NCBI GenBank assembly: GCA_964016885.1
Contig: OZ024758.1
Location: forward strand, 11,656,001 to 11,720,000
Direction: 5' to 3'
Source: Eledone cirrhosa
Lineage: Eukaryota
DNA: 64,000 bases
Shown: one piece after another, positions 26,755 through 40,221 of the stretch
Layout of the letters: the number at the start of each line of letters is the position of its first letter
Position numbering within the stretch: position 1 is the first letter of the stretch
Position numbers and translations under genes: made by a program
Notes under the pieces: generated by a model
The model's input: the letters and a program-made list of their open reading frames with translations, nothing else
Database searches by the model: none
What the model was told of the DNA's origin: nothing

Positions 26755-27338
26755 CAAGGTTTAGCAAATAAGAAAAAGTTTCAAAATAAATTTTAAAAGA
26801 TTCACTGTACTCACTATGGTTACCTTTACCGAATCGGTTTCGGGTCTCAAAAATAAATGGACAGTCCTTGCGGCCTTCCATTGAAAAGATAAACTCTCGT
26901 CAGAAGGGTCTTTTCACTCGGAGAATATAAAATTCCCGAGTTCAAATTACGAACTGGCGCTATTCAAAATTGTTCCCGAGATGAGAATGAATGATGTGCA
27001 AGCAATTCTGTCCAGTGCCGTGTGTAAAGATAGAAGCAGAGCCAGGGAGGTCAGTCTACTACCACTATAAATAGCAGCAGTCAGAACGACCAAATTTTAT
27101 CTCGACCAAGAGGAGTATAAAAATAATAAAGTATATATCCCTACACGCAAAAAGCGTCTAGGGACACATGTATTGTCCAATCATATGACAAAGTGGTTCA
27201 ATGGCAGATTAATAAATTAACGAGCCAGAACATATATAATAAAGGTTTAGCAAATAAGAAAAAGTTTCAAAATAAATTTTAAAAGATTCACTGTACTCAC
27301 TATGGTTACCTTTACCGAATCGGTTTCGAGTCTCAAAT
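26751..27338 (-). mobile_element. PLE 3' end with a direct partial pLTR repeat (family I)
   Basis: About 95-bp direct repeat at 26755-26851 and 27242-27338; (TA)n flank. Confidence 0.75.
26823..26907 (-). ncRNA. Type I hammerhead with extended stem II
   Basis: CCTT-CTGACGA-GAGTTT...AATGGA..CC GCAA GG..TCCATT...AGACCC-GAA-ACCGA T TCGGT-A^-AAGG. Confidence 0.8.
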
Positions 27339-27343
27339 ATATA

Positions 27344-27453
27344 TAGGGTGGACCAAAAGTCACAATACATAGGAAAATAATTACATTTTTAAGTTTCCAT
27401 ATTTATTTTTTAACGTTCTTTTCTAATAGAAAACAATTATTTGGTCCATTCAG

Positions 27454-27455
<2 letters not shown>
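27344..27455 (+). mobile_element. Possible Tc1/mariner terminus
   Basis: TA-TAGGGTGGACCAAAAGTCAC resembles CAGGGTG-type TIRs; no partner end found. Confidence 0.3.
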
Positions 27456-27526
<71 letters not shown>

Positions 27527-27637
27527 GTGTATAAGTATGTGTGTGTGTGGATGTACATATACATATATGTTATTAATATTTATTGAAAACATTTATTGAA
27601 ATATTGAAATTTAAAAGACTAGTTCAAGTAAGATCAG

Positions 27638-27732
<95 letters not shown>

Positions 27733-28329
27733 CAAAATATAATAATATATTTTATGAGGCTACATGGCTAGCTACTCTAGAAATATTGCACTAGAGTTAA
27801 AACCTCACTATAAGTTAGTGATACATTAGTAACGACATTGTTAAGTACAACTGCAATTGTTAGTGGTGAATAAACAATTAGAGAACAATTAAATTATCAT
27901 CCATCTCACGCCATTTTTTACCACTCTACCATATCTAATTACATTTCTATCTACTTCACTCTCTGATTGTTATGGGAACGTTTTAGGAATGTAATTCAAT
28001 TTTTTCACTATTTTCTTATACCTTACATGCAAATATATATATTTCTGTATGTATACTTTTACTGTCATATGGATACATATACGTACATATGCATAGATAC
28101 ATATGCATAGATAGATGCATACGTACATATATAAAGCATGTTTGCATATCTATTGACATAATTGCAGGTAAATGCACCAGTGTAGACATGTATACATAGG
28201 CATGTGTACACATACATACTTATACGTACGTACATACAACCCAAACACATACATACAAACATATCTACATACATACATACATACATACATACATACATAC
28301 AGATATACATACATACATATATACATATA

Positions 28330-28901
28330 TGGTGGCTGCCAACTCGTTTTCGAGTATGGCCACTACTTTATATCCATGTAGGAGAACTCCTACCGATGCG
28401 CTGAACGAGTGTGACTTTTTAGTCCAGCCAGCGACTTGAAAACTCTGGTACAAACACTACACTTGTGACAATTACTGACACATAGTGCTGGGCCCATGGT
28501 ACCATGTGACGACAAGTGCAGAGAGATCTCCAGATATAAAGCAATGCCTGTGCCGTGAAGCTTTTATAGTGAGCTAAGGCACTGCACAAAGCCAGTCCCA
28601 CTCTCTTAACCAAGATGATATTTACCAAAAAGAAGAACAAGTCAACATCATTGGATACCATCAGGGTTGCAGGTGTTATATCAGAGTTTTCCTTCTCCTA
28701 GAATTCTGCCTTGACAAAGGCTAAGGGGTCATCTCTCCCGGTGAATTTGGATGGCCATTGACTCTTAAAAGCTCCTTTGCCCTTTGACATGTTATGTTTT
28801 TAGTCCTGCAGGATGTCCAAAGTCACCCTCCTCACCAAGAAACCTTGGTGGGGTTGCCAGTTTAGTCGCCAACGATCCTACCATGGGACAGATTGTACAG
28901 G
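28330..28901 (-). mobile_element. Non-autonomous RTE-like element, longer copy
   Basis: Homologue of 2614-3110 with about 75 extra 5' bases; (TACA)n on both flanks. Confidence 0.7.
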
Positions 28902-29097
28902 GATATACATACATACATACATACATACATACATACATACATACATACATACATACATACCTATATATATAATTAACAAATTGATTTGTAATGAAGGAGC
29001 ATTGTTCATGATCTGGAAACTGTGGCTATTATGGTAAAATTTGAACTAGAATTCTCTCTCTCTCTTTTATATATATACATATATATATAATATATAT

Positions 29098-29151
<54 letters not shown>

Positions 29152-29314
29152 CATATATATATATACATATATATATATACATATATATGTTTGTGTGTGT
29201 GCGTGTGTGTATGTGTATGTGTGTGTGTGTGTAGAAATATACGTAAGTGTGAAAAACGGTAAAGAAAAAGATTTCTCAATCGAGAAGAGAGTTGATAAAT
29301 TATATATTATATTA

Positions 29315-29365
<51 letters not shown>

Positions 29366-29384
29366 CATATATATCATGATATTA

Positions 29385-29760
29385 ATTAAATGGAAACTAT
29401 ATTTATAAAACCATATTTATTTTATTATATATATTTCAAGGGCAACCAAGACAACATTGGTGCGCTTTCATCAGATAAAATACAAAGTTTGTTTTATAAA
29501 TAGAGACGTACCCATGAAGATCATACCTTATCGGTTGGAAATTCACTGGATAGTGAACCTATAAGGTATGCTCTTCATGGGTACGTCTCTATTTATAAAA
29601 CAAACTTTGTATTTTATCTGATGAAAGCGCACCAATGTTGTTTTCGTTGCCCTTGAAATATATATAATAAAATAAATATGGTTTTATGGTTTTATGGTTT
29701 TATAAATATAGTTTCCATTTATTTAATATCATGGAATATTTACTCCAGTAACTGTTATTT
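29385..29760. mobile_element. Fold-back pLTR, family A variant; HHRs at 29418-29482 (-) and 29610-29674 (+)
   Basis: Long inverted arms; CTGATGA-AAG...CTT-GAAA-TATATATA^-ATAAAATA. Confidence 0.85.
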
Positions 29761-29835
29761 TCCGGCGTAGGACAGAAGAAAGAATGGCGTAGGACAGAAG
29801 AAAGGAAAGGCACAGAAACAAAGAAAGGAATCCCC

Positions 29836-29880
29836 AGTCACTGAAGAGGTCACATAGTGTGTGACGAAAGGACTATGACT
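29836..29880 (+). ncRNA. Minimal type I hammerhead (singleton family)
   Basis: AGTCA-CTGAAGA-gGTCACA tagtg TGTGAC-GAA-AGGACT-A^-TGACT. Confidence 0.75.
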
Positions 29881-30038
29881 ATATATAAACAACTATCTGG
29901 TTGTGGAACCAACCAACCAACCAGAAATTTATAAGTTTGTAGATTTGTAAATTTATAAATTTATAAATATATAATAAATTGAAGTGAAAGCAACTGGTGC
30001 GTGTGTTTCTTATTGGCAACATGACCCTCCCAAAGTAT

Positions 30039-30171
<133 letters not shown>

Positions 30172-30329
30172 GGTTTGAAGGTTCACCACTGGACAATTCC
30201 GTATGGTCAATCTTGATGTAATAATATGGAGAGTACTCAACGTAAAGCAGGTCAATGGTCGGTCGTCCTCGGGTCTATGATTTTCAGCCCCATGGATTTT
30301 ATCTGTTACATTCATTTATTATATTTCGA

Positions 30330-30387
30330 ATACCTGATGATATTACCGGATTCATACGGAACCCGGTCATTGAAATGATCATAGTAT
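30330..30387 (+). ncRNA. Type I hammerhead, family F (second copy at about 43130-43187)
   Basis: ATAC-CTGATGA-tATtACCGG...CCGGTcATt-GAA-ATGATCAT-A^-GTAT; palindromic stem III. Confidence 0.75.
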
Positions 30388-30433
30388 AATAAACCTTTCA
30401 AGGATTTACACAAGTCCAGCCTCCTGTTATTTT

Positions 30434-30464
<31 letters not shown>

Positions 30465-30981
30465 ACTTAGAGCTAACCAAAAGCTGCCACATCTTCACTC
30501 CTTTTATCATTTCCGTCTTTCTAAAACACGAAAATCAGTAGAAACAGCAATACACACAGTTGCGATTTTATAGTCGATATCAATCACCGCGTACTCATAG
30601 TTTACCGATGTCAAAAGACAGAAATAGACTTAAGTGCTGTTCAACACGATGTGTGATGAAACTTCAAAAACGTTGATTCTGTACAAAACCAACTAAATGA
30701 CCGTCGCAAATCTAGTAAGAGCATCTTAAAATTAGCTGCAGTTCATAAAATTAGCCAGCACGAAACAGCATTACTAACTGTAGCAGATTTGATATCACAA
30801 ATAAAAACAGGAAATGCCACCATTTTCTGTCTGTTAAAATCTTTCACAGACGGAACAGTAGTACAGCAACAACAGGCAGGTTACACATAACATACAGAGA
30901 AACAGCTAAAGTAAGTATCTAATGTACACGCCCGTAGCCATTAAAAGAGGAAAACAACTAGAAACAAGATATTATGAAAAC

Positions 30982-31305
30982 ATCGGTAGACTGTATGACA
31001 CCATGCTTTGCAGCACAGAGTTACGGCCTTTGCCATTCTGAGTTCAAATCCCGTTGAAGTTAACTTTGCTTTTCATCCTTACGAGGTCGATAAAATAAAG
31101 TACCAGTAATGCACTGGATAATTGCTGGCCTTGTGCCAAAAGTAGAAACAATTATTAAAACAATATATAAGGATGGTAGATTGGCGGTAGAATCGGTAGA
31201 GCGCCGGACTAAATGTTTTGTGACATATAGTTACATAGTTACGTCACTTTAGGTTCTCAGTACTACAAATCGAGACGAGGTTAGCTTTGCCTTTCGTGCT
31301 TACGG
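30982..31305 (+). mobile_element. Two SINE copies (second partial and diverged)
   Basis: Family motifs GAGTTCAAATCCCG...AAGTAGAAACA. Confidence 0.75.
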
Positions 31306-31349
31306 ATGCACAAACACACACACACACACACATATATATATATGTATGA

Positions 31350-31500
31350 AGTGGTTACACAACAGTTAGTTCACCATACCGAGAGCAATTGTTTCACCTT
31401 AGCGGATCCTCAGCAACAACGTACATATTACGAGCTGGGGATCCGAATAAGGTGAAACAAATGTTCTCGGTATGGTGAACTAACTGTTGTGTAACCACTA
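31350..31500. mobile_element. Fold-back element, family G, with HHR motif (31431-31469 +)
   Basis: CGAG-CTGGGGA-tCC gaataa GGt-GAA-ACAAATGT-T^-CTCG; the opposite arm has an intact CTGAGGA. Confidence 0.65.
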
Positions 31501-32089
31501 TCACCTAACTCGTCCCATGGACTGAGTGCTCTACCACTAAGGATATTACCTTCCAGTGTTCTACCACTATATATGTATGTATATATTTGACTGAATAAAC
31601 AAAAATACATTCAAAACTCTGAAAATGTGCAATGGAACCCTTCCAGCATAAGATAGACTTACATTTCGTTGAAGTGGAATTTACCATCATCACGAAATAT
31701 AAATGCTGTAGTATTATGCACTGAACAAATATATTTAGCACCTTTTGTAGATGTGCATCAAGCAAGATAACAAATATATATATAGAAAACAGGAATTACA
31801 TAACCGACAATCTATTAAGATAAGGTTAAATCTTGAATGCAGTCGGCAAAATGCCATGCTTAATATTTTCTAGAAAAATGTATACAATACATTGATCTTC
31901 CGTGAGTCGTAATAATCTCACGTTTTTGGCCTGTTAATTCTCATCAGAGAGAAAACAATACACGAAGTCTGCCGAAAAATATCCGGCTTTATTTTTTTAC
32001 CGTAAGAAGTCATGGTGTTTGAGAGACAAAAATTCCCAGAGTGGAGTTGTATGCATTCATGCGCATGCGTGGTTTTCTGTGAGCTCCTT

Positions 32090-32390
32090 GGATGCGTCAA
32101 TCGGTATCATGCAGACAGAGTGAGATCTGGTGGTGCAATATTGGCTCGTCACATTTTCATATCACCTGCTATTGAAAACAAGAATCCCGAGTTTCTGAAT
32201 GCTAGCTCTTCCAGAATTTCTTAAGACATTCGACGAGTTGCCTCCAAGGCTTTCTCTTGTTCCTTTGAATTCTGTGTTGAAATTCCTCTACGGTCCTACG
32301 TGGGGGATAGTCATAATCAATTATTATGTTAAACTCTACCACGGGTAACTAAAGTGTCTTTAGTGGCGTCCATTCTGTTGCAAACTTCTG
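32090..32390 (-). pseudogene. Highly decayed Tc1/mariner-like transposase fragment
   Basis: LQQNG/ATKDT resembles FQQDGATxHT and GD...PPDLTL resembles WPxxSPDLT; frameshifts, stops and over-long motif spacing. Confidence 0.3.
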
Positions 32391-32982
32391 GTTTGAGGAT
32401 ACCTTTTTTTTAACATGTAAGAAGTTTCGCAACTTTGAAAGTGGCCACTGGCACAACTTTTCCCGACTAAAAAAAGAAGAAATACACCAACAAAACAAAA
32501 CAAAAAATAAAATACACAGAGAAAAACAATACTACATATTTCATATAATATCTAAGACATAATCTAATGAGCGCTTGACGTTTATTTTCCCACACAATAG
32601 AAATGTAAAAGGCAAAAAGACAAGCAATTGGCAAACCCATGAAAAATATCTAATTTGAGTCTAATGAAATGATAGTACTCACTAACATTTTAAAACCGTT
32701 AAATCTCCATTTACCATTATTTGAAAGCCTGAAGCAGTCTCACATAGAACTCTCTCCTTCCTCTCTCTCTCTCTCTCTCTCTCCAAAATTCATAGAAAGA
32801 CGTACACGATGTAAATCTGTCAGCACGAATCAAAATAGAGCCCTATTCAACCACAAACATAAACCTCACACTAAGCACACCTCTACACATAAAACATCAC
32901 ATTAAGCGCAAGTGTAACGCAAATAATATATTATGTTATTTTCACATATCTATAAAATATTCATAAGAAATATATGTATATA

Positions 32983-33062
<80 letters not shown>

Positions 33063-33069
33063 TATACAC

Positions 33070-33110
<41 letters not shown>

Positions 33111-33117
33111 TATACAC

Positions 33118-33166
<49 letters not shown>

Positions 33167-33270
33167 CATATCTATATATATATATACATATCTATATATA
33201 TATACATATCTATATGTATATATATATATATATATATACATATCTCCCTCTCTCTCTATATATATATATA

Positions 33271-33590
<320 letters not shown>

Positions 33591-33600
33591 TACATATATA

Positions 33601-34040
33601 GTAATAATAATAAATTTGAAGACTAAAATCCAAAGAGGGCTCGATAAGGGTAAATATATATCAAATATATAAGAACTGTAGAGCAAATATTTATTAAAAT
33701 AACAGATTAAAGTTTAAGCAAAGAATCGCTGCTTTCACCCATAACGGGATCGTGAAGATCCCGTTAAGGGTGAAAACAGCGATTCTTTGCAGAAATGCCC
33801 ATTTGTACCGTCCTGTATTGTCCTGTACTGTCCTTAATGTCTACTTTATGTAAACCCTTGTGGTTAATAAAGATAGCATTGTTATTACTACTATTCCAGC
33901 ATAGTTACGTCCCTTTACGGTCTGAGTTCAAATCTCGCCAAGATTAACTTTGCCTTTCATCCTTACGGGGTCGATAAAATAAAGTACCAGTAATGCAGTG
34001 GGTATTTGCTGGCCTTCTGCCTAAAGTAGAAACAATTATT
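33601..34040. mobile_element. Composite of family D fold-back, Tx1-like 3' UTR and SINE 3' part
   Basis: Homology to 4945-5150, 23594-23690 (inverted) and the SINE consensus. Confidence 0.7.
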
Positions 34041-34062
34041 ATTATTATTATTATTGATATAT

Positions 34063-34115
<53 letters not shown>

Positions 34116-34259
34116 AATTAAAATACTAGAGTGTGTTGGAGTTAAACACCCTCTTCATATTATAGAAATGACAGTAAAGGTATAGCTCAATGTAATTAAA
34201 CAGAGCCGAAGAATTATGAAAATAAACCAAAGAAGCCTTCAATACATCAAAAGTCTTTA

Positions 34260-34302
34260 TTAGCCAACAATGTTTCGTCCTATTAAGGACTCATCAGGGT
34301 AA
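34260..34302 (-). ncRNA. Canonical minimal type I hammerhead in TA-flanked island 34113-34520
   Basis: TTACC-CTGATGA-GTCCT taat AGGAC-GAA-ACATTGT-T^-GGcTAA. Confidence 0.8.
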
Positions 34303-35402
34303 GTAAAGTTATAAGAAGCACTATCGGCCAATATAAGCCCAAAACTCAGAAGAATATGGAGTATACATACATTAAAGCATAGGAAAATTATCAAGTAAAG
34401 ATTATCAAGTAAAAATTGCTAAGGAAGTGAATAACATTTTGAACCATATTACAAATATAGTACGATGCGAAAACTAAAACTAAACACAAGTGGTGATATA
34501 AAGCGAGAATTACAGTACTATATATAATATAATATAATATAATATAATATATATATATATATACAATATACGCATTTGTTTCACGGCACTCTTAAAGTGT
34601 TCTTCGTTACACGAACCAATATTGTTATCTTTATCCAATTACATACAAAGAGATATACATGCGCTTGTTTATATAGCATAATATATAGATAAGTAAGTGT
34701 AGCTGGCGTGCGTGCTTGTATGTGTGTCTGTCTGTGTGTGTAAGCGTGTATGTAAGCGTGTATGTAAGCGTGTGTGTGTAAGTGAGCTTGTATGTGTGTG
34801 TGTCTGTGTATGTAAGCGTGTGTGTGTAAGTGAGCTTGTATTTGTGTGAGTTCGTGTGTGCCTGAGTATGTAAGCGTGTGTGTGTGTGTGTGAGTTCGTG
34901 TGTCTATGTGTGAGTGTCTCCCTCTGAGAGCGTTTGTGTATGTGTAAGAGTGTGTTTCAGTGTGTGTAAGCGTGTGTGTGTGTAAGCGATCTTGTATGTG
35001 TATGTGTATGTGTGTGTCTGTGTGTAAGCGTCTGTGTCTGTGTATGAGAGGGTGTGTGTAGGCATGTGTGTGTATGTAAGCCTGTCTGTCTGTCTGTGTG
35101 CATGTGTGTCTGTATGTGCATGTGTGTAAGCGTGTGTGTCTGTGTGTGAGAGGATGTGTACAAGTGTGTATGTCTATGTGTACGTACATGTTAGTGTGTA
35201 TATTGTTATCAACTAATTTAATTTCCTATAAAAGAAAATCTTTTGTGTTCATGGAATATCGGACCTCACCCGGGACTTATGGATCAATACAGTTAATAAC
35301 ATCCATTTGAACGTCTTTTGTGGCATAAAAGAAAGTCAACAACGAAATAACACATAGCATGAGGAACATTCTGGAAAGTTGTAGCTCTGGGTTTCAATGA
35401 TT

Positions 35403-36639
35403 TAGTACCTAGTTCAATGTAGGATCTCTTTATAGTAACTAAGTAGGGGAGACATGTGATGTAGTACCTAGTTCAGTGTAGGATCTCTTCAGAGTAACTA
35501 AGTAGGGGAGAGATGTGATGTAGTACCTAGTTCAGTGTAGGATCTCTTTATAGTAACTAAGTAGGGGAGACATGTGATGTAGTACCTAGTTCAGTGTAGG
35601 ATCTCTTTATAGTAACTAAGTAGGGGAGAGATGTGATGTAGTACCTAGTTCAGTGTAGGATCTCTTCAGAGTAACTAAGTAGGGGAGACATGTGATGTAG
35701 TACCTAGTTCAATGTAGCATCTCTTTATAGTAACTAAGTAGGGGAGAGATGTGATGTAGTACCTAGTTCAGTGTAGGATCTCTTCAGAGTAACTAAGTAG
35801 GGGAGACATGTGATGTAGTACCTAGTTCAGTGTAGGATCTCTTTATAGTAACTAAGTAGGGGAGACATGTGATGTAGTACCTAGTTCAATGTAGGATCTC
35901 TTTATAGTAACTAAGTAGGGGAGACATGTGATGTAGTACCTAGTTCAGTGTAGGATCTCTTTATAGTAACTAAGTAGGGGAGATATGTGATGTAGTACCT
36001 AGTTCAGTGTAGCATCTCTTTATAGTAACTAAGTAGGGGAGACATGTGATGTAGTACCTAGTTCAGTGTAGGATCTCTTTATAGTAACTAAGTAGGGGAG
36101 AGATGTGATGTAGTACCTAGTTCAGTGTAGGATCTCTTCAGAGTAACTAAGTAGGGGAGAGATGTGATGTAGTACCTAGTTCAGTGTAGGATCTCTTTAT
36201 AGTAACTAAGTAGGGGAGACATGTGATGTAGTACCTAGTTCAGTGTAGGATCTCTTCAGAGTAACTAAGTAGGGGAGAGATGTGATGTAGTACCTAGTTC
36301 AGTGTAGGATCTCTTCAGAGTAACTAAGTAGGGGAGACATGTGATGTAGTACCTAGTTCAGTGTAGGATCTCTTCAGAGTAACTAAGTAGGGGAGACATG
36401 TGATGTAGTACCTAGTTCAGTGTAGGATCTCTTCAGAGTAACTAAGTAGGGGAGACATGTGATGTAGTACCTAGTTCAGTGTAGGATCTCTTCAGAGTAA
36501 CTAAGTAGGGGAGACATGTGATGTAGTACCTAGTTCAGCGTAGGATCTCTTTATAGTAACTAAGTAGGGGAGACATGTGATGTAGTACCTAGTTCAGTGT
36601 AGGATCTCTTCAGAGTAACTAAGTAGGGGAGACATGTGA
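35403..36639. repeat. 59-bp minisatellite, about 21 copies
   Basis: GTAGTACCTAGTTCAGTGTAGGATCTCTT(CAG/TAT)AGTAACTAAGTAGGGGAGA(C/G)ATGTGAT. Confidence 0.95.
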
Positions 36640-38613
36640 CTTACTGGAGTTTAAATGGAAACGCTCTACAAAATGTTAGACACGGAATAGGAAGAGTCGT
36701 TAGAGTGTCGTATAAAATTGCGGAATTTGTTTCGGTTCTTTGCTTTCTGAGTTCAAATACCACCGAGGTCAACTTTTGTTTGCATTCAACACAGATTCTA
36801 CAATTTAAATAATTCAATATTCCTTTCCAAGGTGACAAATCGGCAGAGTTGTTAGAACATTTGATAGAATGCTCTGAGGTATTCATTTTGGTTCTCTGCT
36901 CTCTGAGTTCAAATCCTGTCAAGGTCAACTTTGCCTTTCATCCATTCGAGATCGATAAAAAAAGTACCAGTCACATACTGGAGTCAATTCTTCCTCCTCT
37001 TCCTCTATATATTTTTCTGGCTTCCATTCTTTCACACACACACCCTCTCTCTATCTCTGGAAGAAATCTGCTGTATTCAGACCTAGAAAAAAAAAGGGCC
37101 TCCGCCATTTTTAAAGATGGTCTAGAAACATTGTATGCCACCACGGGGCTCCTACGACTCTGGAGATTTACGGGATTATATATGCAAACATCCTGTTATT
37201 TATAGGAGGTGACACCATAATGAAAGAATTGTTATTGTCAGAGGGTGCAAAATAGAAAACGTAGCAATGGCCTAGCGGCCGATCCACAGGAAATATATAT
37301 CACATCTATTCAAGCCTATGAGAAATAAGGATAAACATCTTCCCACTTGATATTAGAGATTTTGAAAATAAATTATGTTTTTGTTTGATTTGTGGAATAG
37401 TATGAATAACGTTTTTCAAGTTGGAACGCAGCCAATTTTTACAGTGAAAATCATTTTATCAATGGAAAGGCATGCGATAGAGAATATACGCAATGATATA
37501 TAGTTAGCATGGAAGTGTTATATGAAATATTTAGGCCTTTGACAAAAATTTGAGTTAGGGTTGATAAAGAAATTCTTCGAATTAGCCCATATATACTATT
37601 GATTATTATTTTATACACATGCTGACACCATGCTTTGCAGCGTAGAGTTATGCCAAGGTTAGCTTTGCTTTTCATCCTTACGAGGTCGATAAAATAAAGT
37701 ACCAGTAATGCACTGGGATAATTGCTGGTCTTGTGTCAAAACTAGAAACAATTATTTTATACACAGGCACTTGGTCTTGCACCTAACTCAGAAACCATTA
37801 TGTTTTTTTACACAGGAACAAAGTTTGAGTAATGTTATAATTGATAGTGATCGATATTTATTTTATCGACCTCGGAAATATGAAAGTGGCACTCGGTGGG
37901 ATTTGGACCCATAACGTAAATGAATGTAATTTGTCCCAGAAATATTGTCTATAGTTCTACCAATTCTAACAACTCAACCCCTTTTCAGTCTGTATTATGC
38001 TCAGATGGTTCGGCGTTACGTTGGTGATCTTAATCTTGGTTAACACACATCCAACACAGAACGGAATTAAATATCAGGTAGTTATAAAATAAAAAATTTC
38101 TCTTTTTATTAGAATAAAAATGAACGGCAAAAACGTATCACATTCTATTGAAATATCAGAAATAATAATTAAAGAAACGAAACAACTTAAATCTCTTATT
38201 AGAAGTAACACATGACATCCACATAATGACAAAGAATTAATAAACAGCATAACACGTATCTTAAGATTAAACAATGGTAAATAAAAAAAATTAACGTTAT
38301 TTGTTGAAGAACTCACATGACAAACGTGTATTGGTTTTAGTGTTGAAGATTAAGGCAAGGATTCCAAAAGAGGCCATGAAGAAATCTAAACTATAGTAAC
38401 TGTGAATGATTTTTGTTGAATGTCAAGAAGTACTTCTTATTCTCACGACGGTGATTTAATATCTGTATTTATTAAAGAATTGAGGTGCGTGCCCTACTGG
38501 TAAGGGCGTTGGACCTGCGACCATAATGTCATTGGTCGATTCCAGGACTGGCTGTGTGGTGCTTTCGAACACATTAGGAGTATTCTTCTTATTTAAATGT
38601 TAATATTTAATCT

Positions 38614-38830
38614 AGGGCGGTGGATTGGCAGTATCGGTAGAGTATCGGACGCCATGCTTTGCAGCATAGATTTACGGCCCAAATGATCTGAGTTCAAATC
38701 CCGCCGAGGTTAACTTTGTCTTTCATCCTTATGGGGTCGATAAAATAAAGTACCAGTCACGCACTGGGGTCGATTTAATCGACTTCCTCTCCCCCCCAAA
38801 TTGCTGGCCTTGTATCTATATAAGAAACCA
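38614..38830 (+). mobile_element. Full-length SINE, long-3' subfamily, with TSD
   Basis: TSD AATATTTAATCTA; extra GGGTCGATTTAATCGACTT...CCCC segment. Confidence 0.85.
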
Positions 38831-38960
38831 ATATTTAATCTAAGGTCTTTCCTGGCCAGGCAGACATACACTAAAAGCAATTCCAGTGATTTTCGCCAAG
38901 TACTTATAACAGGAAATATATATATATAACAAATCGGACTATATTATCTAATGTTCATCA

Positions 38961-39127
38961 GTAGAGGGTCGGACGCCATGCTTTCCACCATAGAGTTACG
39001 TCCATTTATGATCTGAGTTCAAATCCCGCCGAGGTTAACTTTGCCTTTCATCCTTACGGGGTCGATAAAATAAAGTACCAGTAATGCACTGTGATAATTG
39101 CTGGCCTTGTGCCTAAAGTAGAAACAA
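38961..39127 (+). mobile_element. SINE with 18-bp TSD
   Basis: TSD ATTATCTAATGTTCATCA on both sides. Confidence 0.85.
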
Positions 39128-39610
39128 TTATCTAATGTTCATCAAATTAGTTTCTTTAACACAAAAGACACTGGTGGGACAAAAGCTGCAGAGTATGATC
39201 GATCCTAGAACCATGCGAAGATGTAAAAAACGAACCGTTTAATTACCAGTTTTGGTATTCCTATGTGTATGTAATTTTATGTGTTAATAAAATTTGCTAT
39301 AGTTACTATCAAGATAAATGATAGTAAACGATAGTATATGGGGTGGTTTTTGTTATGATGGTTGCAAGAAATAAAAGTACTAAATAACGTACATATACAC
39401 ACACAAACACACACACTCATATACATACATACACATACATAGACACTCATGCACAAAAATACATATTTACACACACACACACACACGCACTCATATACAT
39501 ACATACACATACATAGAAACTCATGCACAAAAATACATATTTACACACACACACACACACATATACATACATACACATACATAGACACTCATGCACAAAA
39601 ATACATATTT

Positions 39611-39663
<53 letters not shown>

Positions 39664-39788
39664 GACTCATACATAATAACATACATACACACACACATAT
39701 ATATATATATATATACAGACTCATACACAATAATACACACATACATACACATACATACATAGACACTCATGCACAAAAAGACATATTT

Positions 39789-39833
<45 letters not shown>

Positions 39834-39910
39834 CTCATACATAATAACATACATACACACACAGTCACACACACACACATATACATATATATACAGACTC
39901 ATACACAATA

Positions 39911-39941
<31 letters not shown>

Positions 39942-40022
39942 CAGACTCATACATAATAACATACATACACACACAGTCACACACACACACATATACATAT
40001 ATATACAGACTCATACACAATA

Positions 40023-40097
<75 letters not shown>

Positions 40098-40190
40098 CTC
40101 ATACACAATAACATACATACACACATATACTGATACAGACCCACACACACATACACACACAGTCGCACACAGACACACAGACACACACCC

Positions 40191-40221
<31 letters not shown>

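Noticed and set aside
35403-36639. CRISPR array or tandem ribozyme array
   Set aside because: There are no unique spacers and no cas genes. The minus strand has CTGAAGA plus a hairpin in some units but no GAAA or stems I/III
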